Source: Paraspadella gotoi (taxonomy: Eukaryota > Animalia > Chaetognatha). From it: DNA of 64,000 nt. Made by a program: the position numbers and the translations under genes. Under the pieces are notes generated by a model. It made no database searches, was not told where the DNA came from, and saw only the letters and a list, made by a program, of their open reading frames with translations. Positions within the stretch are counted from its first letter, which is position 1. Each line of letters begins with the position of its first letter. Shown in pieces: positions 26,875-36,420 of the stretch. The DNA lies in the NCBI GenBank assembly GCA_051294375.1, contig CM119266.1, positions 4,886,742 to 4,950,741 of the forward strand, written 5' to 3'.

Positions 26875-27238
26875 TCATAGCATGTGCGGCATAGGCGTGA
26901 GACGCGGCAGAGCCGTTTCCAGCTGCTCCATTTCCAGCTGCTCCATTTCGATCTCTTCTCCTCTGACGATCCTTTCCTCTTCCTGCTCCGACTCGGCGCA
27001 GCGATGCATCCAAGCCGCGACAAAGACGACGCCGAAGATGATGATGACAAAGTAGGTCCCGAAGAGGCCGCCAGTGAGGAGCCTGTCGGCCTGTCGGTAC
27101 GTGAGGACGCCGTTGTAGCGAAGACTGTCGGCTATGGTCTTGAAGATGATGACCGGAGCCATGAAGATGACGAAGACGACGATGTAGCAGAAGGCCTCGA
27201 AGCGGGTTGAGCGGAGGGCGCTTTTGAATTGGCTCCAT
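26875..27238 (-). CDS. MARCHF: MARCH-like E3 ligase terminal exon: TM1 (AFCYIVVFVIFMAPVIIF), loop, TM2 (LLTGGLFGTYFVIIIFGVVFVAAWM), acidic tail, stop
   Basis: ttctcttcttctccag acceptor, phase 2 start, 120 codons plus TGA; strong C/G-ending codon bias matching the Piezo exons. Confidence 0.88.
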
Positions 27239-27941
27239 CTGGAGAAGAAGAGAATGAAGACTGGTTTGAGAGATGGTGATAGATAGAGAGAAGGAAGTAA
27301 TAGTGGATACGATCTAAAAATTTTGGATTTATAAAATGAAAAAAATGTAGATGAAGAGAATAAATAAATAGTGGATAGAGGGGATGAAGAAATTGTTGGT
27401 ATAGAAAATTTAGACAGAAAAAAAGACAGTAGATGGAAATAATGAATAAACTGTGAAGTCGAGCTAAACAAGCAAGGCAGAGAAAAGGTGAGAGAGGAAG
27501 CAACTCAGCTGCTTGAAAAAGAAAGACCCATTTACATATGCAACAAATTCAAAATCGGTTTCGGATTTAAATTAAAACCCGGTTGAAAAACAAATGATCT
27601 CACGAGGGAAGGTCGTGATGCATTGAAGTAGGAGTGGATTTAACTTGTAAACGATTGTTCACCATTAGGTTGTTTGGTTGCAAAGGTTTAAGAATTAAGC
27701 GATAAAGATTATGTTAATGATTTAGTTAAGATTAGAATTAGAGATTAGGATTAGGGAAATGCTTAATGTTTAGGGTTTAACGTTAGGGATTTTGGAAATT
27801 ATTAAGATTAAATATTAAGGTTAGGGATTAAGGAATAGAAATTAGGCGTTTTCGGAAAATAGTACCTCTCAATAAGAGGGTGAAGCAATAAGATTATAAC
27901 CCTCTTCATTTCCTTAAATATATTCTGAGAATCCTCGGTTC

Positions 27942-27993
27942 CTAAGAGCTCCCACTAAGAGCTCCCACTAAGAGCTCCCACTAAGAGCTCCCA
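27942..27993 (+). repeat. 13-bp tandem repeat (ctaagagctccca), 4 copies
   Basis: Direct reading. Confidence 0.93.
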
Positions 27994-28865
27994 AGTGCTC
28001 CGGCTCGAATTTAAGCTCTGGATCCTGAGAACCAAATAAAGTTCGTCCTCTGGACAAGAATGACCTCGGAAGGTGGAGACTCGATAATTAACCTCCTTCG
28101 TCTGACCAAAATAATTGTCCCAAAAAAAAAGAGGAAAAAGAGACGAATCCTTTCCCCATCGTCTGAATTAATGGAGAGGAAAAGAGAGTAAGAAAACTTA
28201 TATTTGTTTAATGTTTACATTTAAACAATTAAGTTCACATTTAGACATGTACTCAATTTAACAATTATGGAACCAGAATATATTGCAACTTTTGTATTTG
28301 GGTTTCGACCATTGCCAATATTACGCCCGCCCACGAATATATTTATCTCTCTCTGTCTCTGTCTTTCTTTCTCTCTCCTCAGAAAAATGGAAGCACGTCT
28401 GTTCACGTCGAAAAGGAAACGTGACAATACTTCCGGAGAGGTCACGTGACAATACTTCCGGAGAGGTCGAGTTTCGTGCGTGAAAAAATTTTATTGGTCC
28501 TGGACTTTGTTTGTTTATATATTCAAAAAATATTTAAACTAATAAACTAAGTTTTTTTTAGAGAGAAACTGAACAAACTAGTGTCGGTGGAAGTGGGACG
28601 GGGGTGAGGACGTCGAGTGGATGTGGACGAGAGGGTTGAGGGGTTGAGGACAGGTCCATGTAAAGGGGCGCGTTTTCTTGGGGAGGGCGGGTATGACTGG
28701 GTCTTTACCGAGTTCAGCTGATAATCTAAGTCATATATGTATATATAAGGCGGGTCAAAATTGAACACTTTTTATAACTTTAATTCTCTCAAAAAAATTC
28801 CTTTTTTCCTTCTATTACTAAATCGATTTTCAATGTAACTTTTTGAATTAGTTCATTGGGTTGTT

Positions 28866-29240
28866 GCACTGAAGCTTTTAAATATTTATTAATATATAAC
28901 AAATGACAAAAATTTTTTTTTTTGAAAATTAGTTTTTAAGAACGGATCCTATAGAGCTTGAAAAGTAAATAAAAGTTAGTACTACATTTTTTAAAATTTT
29001 GACAAGAAATTGGTTAAAAACAGAAAAAAACTTAAAAAATCATCATCATCATCATCATCATTGGCTGAATTTTATAGTTTTTAAAATTTTTATCAATAAA
29101 ACAAAAAAATTTTAAAATTTTGTATTAATAACCTTCATCTAACTTTTAAAGCTCTATCAGAATCCATTAAAAAAATTGAAAAATTCAAAAAAAATTTTTA
29201 ACTTATATAGTAATAAAATAATCTTTAAATGCTTCCGTGC
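28866..29240. mobile_element. AT-rich MITE-like fold-back element (~375 bp, ~135-bp imperfect inverted arms)
   Basis: gcactgaagcttttaaa...ggatcctatagagcttgaaaagt...ttaaaatttt pairs with aaaattttaa...acttttaaagctctatcagaatcc...tttaaatgcttccgtgc. Confidence 0.65.
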
Positions 29241-30038
29241 GCTTATTAATAAGATAATTTTTTAAATTATTTTTATTTTCATATTCTCTAACAGTCACTT
29301 TATCATTAATTTATTTGAGAGAACTTCTAGTTTTCAACCTGTTCCGCCTAATGTATAATGCTTATAACTTAAAAAAAAGTAAAGATCGCATAGTTTGTGT
29401 TATAATTCTTAAAATGACCAAAACGATTGTTAAGTAATAAACTTGACTTACAGCGAAGGCCGTGGGTCCAGAGTCTTGCTTAAGAATGGCCTCTAGTTCT
29501 CTAGACTGCTGCTGGTTTGACCGGGGGAAGGGGGGGGGAAATGGTATTTTGCCGGAAACGAGGACATGGATCGGAGAAGAATGGCACGTGGAAGATGGCA
29601 AGGAGATAGCAAGAAGATGGCGAGATGGAGATGGATGGAGATTGGAGAGATGGCACGGAGTAAGAGATGGCGCGAAGAAGAGATGGCAACAAAGGGAGAT
29701 GCGTCGTCAAGAATCGTAATAAGAAAACCAGAAAAGAAGACGCGTCGCTCGAACGCTCAAATAAATTGACGGGTCAACGAGGAAAAGGCGCTTGAGAGAG
29801 GGAATGAGAGAGAGAGAGACAGAGGAGGAGACAGGGGTCTAAGTCATGCGATGTTAAGAATGCAGATATTTATAAAAGTCACTTCTCTATTCTGCGATGC
29901 GACTAAAAATAAGAATTTTTGTTTTGTTTTATTGCATCACGATATTTTTAAATAGTTTTTTGTGAAGGGAATTGTTGGAAAACTGTTTTAACTGTACGCA
30001 GAATGGCGAGACGGTGAAAAACGAGAGGGAAAGACTAA

Positions 30039-30075
<37 letters not shown>

Positions 30076-30363
30076 AATAGAAGAGCTCTCGCAAGAGAGA
30101 ACGTCGATTGGCCGCAAACGAAACGACTGCGCCACTAATATCGCTAGTATAGTTCACACTTTTCCACGAGGGTCGACGTTGTGAATGGCGCCGTGACACA
30201 AGTTCACATCACAACTCAAGTATCACAATATAACCTCTACAACTTGAGGATCGGAAAAAGTGAATAAGGAGTGACAGCTTTATATCACGATAACAGCATG
30301 CAGTGGTGTAGTCAGTCATTGCCCAAGTTCACCCTGCCTATAACTTGACAACTTCAGTCGTGA

Positions 30364-30530
30364 ACCGGTGGCTCATTGGGTAAAGCCATCAGCGTGAGGA
30401 CGACTGTAAGCCGCCTTGGGGATGTGGAAAATCCACTCGCCTGGTTCCAAGCCCGGGACCCGTTCAATTGCTGCTGAGGGGGCACAGGAGATACTGATGG
30501 TCGTCTTCATCCACAGTGGCATCATCACAG
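30364..30530 (+). mobile_element. tRNA-derived SINE-like head (second copy ~31567-31735)
   Basis: A-box-like GGTGGCTCATTGGGTAAAGC and B-box-like GGTTCCAAGCCC; in copy B the latter sits in a CCTGG/CCAGG stem. No complete cloverleaf. Confidence 0.45.
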
Positions 30531-30564
30531 TATTAATATCACAATATCACAAATATCATTTCAC

Positions 30565-30670
30565 CTCGATGGTCGACACCGGAAGTGTGAGTTGCACAAT
30601 TCGCACGTCTTCGTTTCTGAAAGAAGAATCCACTGGAGGGCGCAGTCTTTGTGGATGAAGGCGGCCGAAC
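30565..30670 (-). CDS. MARCHF: MARCH-like E3 ligase exon 2, copy A (GSAAFIHKDCALQWILLSETKTCELCNSHFRCRPS)
   Basis: tttttctattccag acceptor, AG|gtgaaa donor, phase 1 to 2; GSxxxxHxxCxxxW...CELC second half of RING-CH; joins the last exon in frame. Confidence 0.88.
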
Positions 30671-31235
30671 CTGGAATAGAAAAATTGGGGGGATTGAATT
30701 TTGATGGTTGGAAAGAGTTGATAGATTATCTTTAAAATNNNNNNNNNNNNNNNNNNNNNNNNNAAAAAAGAAGAGATTTGGAGATTGGAGAGATGGCACG
30801 GAGTAGAGATGGCGCGAAGGAGAGATGGGCACGGAGTAGAGATGGCGCGAAGGAGAGATGGCACAAAGGAGAGATGACCGACGCATCTCCCTTTGTGCCA
30901 TCTCTTCTTCGCGCCAAGAATCGTAATAAGAAAACCAGAAAAGAAGACGCGTCGCTCGACGCTCAAAATAAATTGACGGGTCAACGAGGAAAAGGCGCTT
31001 GAGAGAGAGGGAATGAGGAGAGAGAGACAGAGGTCTATGTCACTGCGATGTTAAGAATGCAGATATTTATAAAAGTCACTTCTCTATTCTGCGATGCACT
31101 AAAAATAAGAATTTTTGTTTTGTTTTATTGCATCACGATATTTTTAAATAGTTTTTTGTGAAGGGAATTGTTGGAAAACTGTTTTAACTGTACGCAAGAA
31201 TGGCGAGACGGTGAAAAACGAGAGGGAAAGACTAA

Positions 31236-31276
<41 letters not shown>

Positions 31277-31772
31277 AAATAGAAGAGCTCTCGCAAGAAA
31301 GAACGTCGATTGGCGCAAACGAAAAGACTGCGCCACTAATATCGCTAGTATAGTTCACACTTTTCCACGAGGGTCGACGTTGTGAATGGCGCCGTGAGAC
31401 AAAATCACATCACAACTCACAAGTATCACAATATACCCTCTACAACTTGAGGATCGGAAAAAGTGAATAACGAGTGATAGCTTTATATTATGATAACAGC
31501 ATGCAGTGATGTAGTCGGGCATTGCCAAGTTCACCCCTGCCTATAACATGACACCTTCAGTCGTGACCCGGTGGCTCATTGGGTAAAGCCATCAGCGTGA
31601 GGACGGCCGTAAGCCGCCTTGGGCATGTGGAAAAGCCTCTCGCCTGGTTCCAAGCCCAGGACCCGTTCCATTGCTGCTGAGGGGGCACAGAATATACTGA
31701 TGGTCGTCTTCAGCCCAATTAGCGCCTTATCCACACAGTATTAATATCACAATATCACAAATATCATTTCAC

Positions 31773-31877
31773 CTCGATGGTCGACACGGAAGTGTGAGTT
31801 GCACAATTCGCACGTCTTCGTTTCTGAAAGAAGAATCCACTGGAGGGCGCAGTCTTTGTGGATGAAGGCGGCCGAAC
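31773..31877 (-). CDS. MARCHF: MARCH-like exon 2, copy B (…CELCNSHFRVDHR), 1 nt shorter than copy A
   Basis: Same exon within the 1.15-kb tandem duplication; 105 nt, phase 1 to 1. Confidence 0.6.
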
Positions 31878-32092
31878 CTGGAATAGAAAAATTGGGGGGA
31901 TTGAATTTGAATGGAAGGAGTTGATAGATTATCTTTAAAATGGAATATTTCGAGCGAATTAACAGTGATAAAGTTGTTAGTAGTACAGAATAAATATAGT
32001 ATGTACACGTAAGTTTCTTTATATTAAATATATATTTTATCTTAGCAATTTCGAAAAATGGCTAGAAAGTGGCCGAGAGAGAAGAAGGAGAG

Positions 32093-32124
<32 letters not shown>

Positions 32125-32254
32125 AAAAAGAAAGAAAAAGGATAGTTATACAGCACGAAGCCAACCTGGACACAATTAAAATAATCTGGACATAACATTG
32201 TTAAATGAGACAAATCCTCAGAAAAAGCCTTACCTCAGCCGAGCTTAAACTTAC

Positions 32255-32384
32255 CCTTACAATCGCAGGGAGAAATAAGCGGAAGGGCCGAATCGTCGTC
32301 ATGACAATATCGGCAGATTCGATCTTCCGGAGAAATCGATTCTTCATCGACGCCGGAAATTCTCGGTTCCGATATCAATTTCAT
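32255..32384 (-). CDS. MARCHF: MARCH-like E3 ligase exon 1 (MKLISEPRISGVDEESISPEDRICRYCHDDDSALPLISPCDCK)
   Basis: aaaaATG start after an A-rich leader; ICRYC...LISPCxC(K)G is the first half of RING-CH; G|gtaagt donor. Confidence 0.9.
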
Positions 32385-32818
32385 TTTTTTTTCGGAGATT
32401 TTTAGTTTGATAAATTTTTAAAAATGTTTGGTTTATAATTTGTGTGTTTTTTTTTGTGGTTTAATTGGGTTTGGTTTTGTCGTTTGTGGATTTTTGTGTT
32501 TTTGTGTTTTTGTTTTGTTTTTTTTGGTCGGGAGCACGAGTAATAATTTACTTTTTAAAAAGTTTATTTACTTTTTATGACAAGTTTTTCGCGTGAATAT
32601 TATTTTATACCATTTTTTGATCATTCAATGTTTTTTTTTTCGAATAACAGTAAAATCAGAAAACGATTTTCAAGTGAGACGAAAAGGATTTTTGATAAAT
32701 AATTATTTTGTTTCTTTTGTGGATTTTACGTTGATTTTGTTTCGCTCTTCCTTTTGAATAAGAATTCCGTATTTATGAGGTCAATAACGAGTTTCTATCT
32801 TTGGGCTTCTTTTATTTT

Positions 32819-32860
<42 letters not shown>

Positions 32861-32970
32861 GTGTGTGTGACCGAATCCCCCACGAGATAAAGAGAGAGAA
32901 AAAAACAATAACCTTGCCCGTTATGACCTTCGCCCATTCGAGGAGTTTAACCCCCGCAATTTCTCACTCT

Positions 32971-32980
32971 CTGATTGGCT
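32971..32980 (-). promoter_or_regulatory. Possible CCAAT (NF-Y) box upstream of the nested MARCH gene
   Basis: AGCCAATCAG on the - strand about 590 bp upstream of the ATG; motif match only. Confidence 0.2.
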
Positions 32981-33114
32981 AGTTTTTGGCCTCGTGACGA
33001 CAGAGTGAGGTCTCTCAATGAAGAGGGTAAGGTAATTCGACGCCCGGCGAAACGAGGAAAACTGCGAGTTTGCTAGGGGGGGGTTAGGTCAGTTCGAGGG
33101 TTGATTTATTAGAG

Positions 33115-33177
<63 letters not shown>

Positions 33178-33726
33178 CAGTCATTGATTTATTTACGCGT
33201 CGTGCGGGTGAAAATTAAGGAAAAACCATAAGAAAGAAAGAAAACCATTGTTAACATGAACGTTAAAGATCGCGAGGGTCTTCACGGAATCCCAGTTTCT
33301 AAAGAGGATGTGGTCACTGAATGTGATTAGTCACGTGAATTGACTTTACGATTCTGCGGGCTGAAAGAGGGGGGGGCGGTTGCGGTGAGTGGGGGCAGAA
33401 TTTGACGATTTAATAATAAAATCTGTTAAAAAAATTCGGTTTTAAACTACATCTGCATAGATTTTTAAAAAGCTTAATATTTGTAAACAGAGAAAATTAA
33501 TAAGGCCTCGGTATCCAAATATTGACATAATTTGGATCAGTGAGACAAATAATCTGGTAAATTCACAAACATTAGGTTTCTTTACAAATTTATATGAGTT
33601 AAAACAAACTAAATTATGTTTAAATTCTCCTAATCCCTCTACTTTTTTCTCCCCTTTTCCCGCCATTATCTTTATAACAGTTCTTATCTTTATTATTTGT
33701 TTACCTTTTGTTTTATTTTTGTTCAG

Positions 33727-33824
33727 TCTCTCCGGATCCGCGGAGTCAAAAGAGGTCACCACTCGTCACAGTCTTCGTCTTCGTAACGCGACAGTCCTAC
33801 GTCCTGTCTCTCATCATAATGATG
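33727..33824 (+). CDS. Piezo: Piezo exon (VSPDPRSQKRSPLVTVFVFVTRQSYVLSLIIMM)
   Basis: tttgttcag acceptor, ATG|gtaatt donor, phase 1 to 0; QSYxxxLIxMM motif of Piezo. Confidence 0.9.
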
Positions 33825-35717
33825 GTAATTTGGAATAGGATTATAGCGATAAATAATTCAAAAGCATTCTTAAATTACATTTTGTGGGGTTCAAACGATT
33901 TATTTTTAATTGTTATTCAAAAAAAAAACCACGATTAAATGAAATAATTGCGATGAAATTGAGACGGATCTCACCCTCTTAAGTCCCGAGTCCTTACCTT
34001 TTTTTATCCTCGTTCCTTCGATTTAAAGTAACCAAAGTGTCAACTCCATTTGGTGCGAGAAAGATTTTTTTTCGAGTGGCCGAGTTTTAATTGAGCTTGA
34101 AAGCGTTTTTGAATTAGTTTAAATTAGAAATATATAGTATATGTGAACATTTCTTTAAATAAACGGTTAGTTTTGAAGGTTTTTGTCTAATTAATCCGAA
34201 AGATACGTTGCAGACGATATAACTGGTAAACTTGTTTCTTCCACAACTCAATTTATCACAACACAAACTTGAGAATACAATTAATGGCTAAAAACTTTCA
34301 AGTTGGTTTAATTCCAATAACACACCACTTGTGTCACAAGCTATGAGGTATCAGGCTTTCCCGTTTCACTTGTAGATTCCTTCCAAATGCAAGACTTCCT
34401 TTGCCGGATGCAATGGAATCATCACTTCTTTCACCGCCACTCAATAGATTTTTCTAACTGATAAATAAGGTTGGACAATAAAATCTTTTATGCTTTAGAC
34501 ACAGTGAATTATGATGTGAAAGGTGTGCCAAAAATCCTTCAAGCGCTGGTAGCGCTAAGGGTGTTCAATCAATTTGAGTAGTGATTGGTGGAAACCTATT
34601 TTTTTAGGCCCACCCGTTTTGTGTTAGATGTTCTTTGCGATCCAAAAACCTTTTGGCATATGACTCACCCTAACCACCCCCCTCCCTCCACCGATTCCAT
34701 GACGTCTTAAAAAAAAAGAAAAAAAGAAGTAAACAAACTGATCTTTTGTTCGAAAACGTACGATGTTATGGCCCTTGATTTAACGGTCGGCAAAAATCGC
34801 GAGGCTTCGGGCTTACACTTCCACTCCTCCCTCCCCCTCTAAAGGGGGGGCGGTCTCAATGCGCATTTCGGGGCCCCTTGCGTGCCCCATCGGGGCCCTA
34901 AAAGGATATTCCTCGCGTCCCCTCATACCGTTTGGAGATAGAGACAGAGAGAGACAGAGAGAGAGGAAAACACTAAAGCGGAATGGGAGGCGTAGCCAAA
35001 GATATTTCTCTCTTCCACCTCTGGCTTTTTATCGTTGGATGCTCGACCTTATTTTCGAAGGACGCCTCGTTTCATTTTAAATTCAGAACTAAGTTATTTT
35101 TTAAGTTTAAAGATTAGGCTAAGGATTTGGGTCGGGGATTAAATTGGTTATGAAGGTTAGGAAAGAAGGTTAGGTTTAGAGTTAGCGGTTAGTGATTAGG
35201 GTAAAAAAATTGTTCAAGCTTAGTCATTAGGGTTAAAGAACAAGGTATAGAATTATATATTAAGTTAAATAATAAAATAAGAGTAAAATTTATTTTTATT
35301 TTTATTTTTTTTAATTTAAAAACAATTATTAATTACCCTAACCCTTAATCCTCTTAACCCTATCTACCCCTAACCTTAAACACCCTTTAACCCCGGTCGG
35401 TGAAAGTCAAATTAATTTATATTATGATTAAATATTAAAATTAAATTTAGCGATCAAGGAATGGAAAAGGGGGAGTTTTTGAAAAAAAGAGCCGGATGCT
35501 CTTTTCTATCCTCTTGCCACTTATTACTTGTCCGCATCATCATTTACTTTACTGATCATATCTATTATTCTTCCGTCTTTATTCTTTTCTCATTCTCATT
35601 TCTCATTCATTTCTTCCTTTTTATTTTTCCTATTTTCCTATTTTCCTACTCCTTTATTACTATTATTGCCTTAATTTCTTCTTCTTGCTTTGTCTCTTTA
35701 TCTCTTTCTTTCAATTG

Positions 35718-35788
<71 letters not shown>

Positions 35789-36101
35789 ATGATTACTAAA
35801 GCCTTTTCTCTAGATCCATCTCCTCTCCGTAATGGAAAAGGTCGTCTTTCTTAGGCTTCGGGGAATCAAGAAATGGGGATCGACATCTAGCGGCGAATAT
35901 TTCCTCAGTTTAGTGTCACTCACTCTCTCTTTCTCCTCCCCTTTTCCCCTCTCTCCCTTTTCTACTTCTTCTCCCTTCCTCTCTCCTCTTTCATTCACAC
36001 TCTCTAATTTTCCTATTTCTCTCTCTCTCTCTTTTTCCTCCCTTTTTCCTCCCCCCTCCCTCTCTCCCTTCCCTCTCTCGCCCACCCTCTTTATCTCCCC
36101 A

Positions 36102-36137
<36 letters not shown>

Positions 36138-36325
36138 TCTCCTCTCTCTCTCTCCTCTCTCTCTCCTCTCTTCACTCTCCCATCTTCTTTACTTCCTATT
36201 TTTTCTCTTCTTCCTCTTCTCTCTCTCTCTCTCTTTGTCTCTATTTCCCTCTGCACCTCCATCTCTCTTTCCTTCCCCTCCTTATCTCTCTCACTCTATC
36301 TCTCTCTCTCTCCCTCTTTTATCAG

Positions 36326-36420
36326 CAGTGGAGCGCAAACCACAGCCTGCTGACCTTCATCCTCTTGCTGTGGGCCTGTTTGATCTGGATGCTGCCCAAC
36401 TCGCGCAACTGGTGTCTGAG
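36326..36420 (+). CDS. Piezo: Piezo exon (QWSANHSLLTFILLLWACLIWMLPNSRNWCLR)
   Basis: Long pyrimidine tract then cag(cag), AG|gtaagt donor, phase 0 to 2; matches Piezo HSxLTFxLLLWACLIW. The first few codons probably carry base-call deletions. Confidence 0.92.

Larger units (their letters stand above)
29630..31940 (+). repeat. About 1.15-kb tandem duplication (~29630-30738 and ~30779-31940) across a 25-N gap
   Basis: Colinear copies differing by scattered substitutions and indels; each includes MARCH exon 2. Confidence 0.92.
26875..32384 (-). other. MARCHF: Nested antisense gene: MARCH-family (membrane-associated RING-CH) E3 ubiquitin ligase, about 199 aa, 3 coding exons
   Basis: join(32384-32255, 30670-30565, 27238-26875) is open from ATG to TGA with compatible phases (1, 2). 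It contains C-x2-C-x12-C-x-C-x7-H-x2-C-x12-C-x2-C followed by two hydrophobic helices. Subfamily not determinable. Confidence 0.9.

Noticed and set aside
26771-27238. Alternative-frame ORFs overlapping the MARCH last exon (MEPIQKRPP..., and + strand MRHRRETRQ...)
   Set aside because: Shadow frames of a GC3-rich coding exon; only the TM-encoding frame joins the RING exons.
28580-28717. Additional - strand MARCH exon (LNSVKTQSYPPSPRKR...)
   Set aside because: Weak donor (gtttgt) and a phase-0 start that fits neither copy of exon 2; not needed for an open frame.
30364-30460. tRNA gene
   Set aside because: A/B-box-like motifs are present but I could not build an acceptor stem and anticodon arm; treated as SINE-like.
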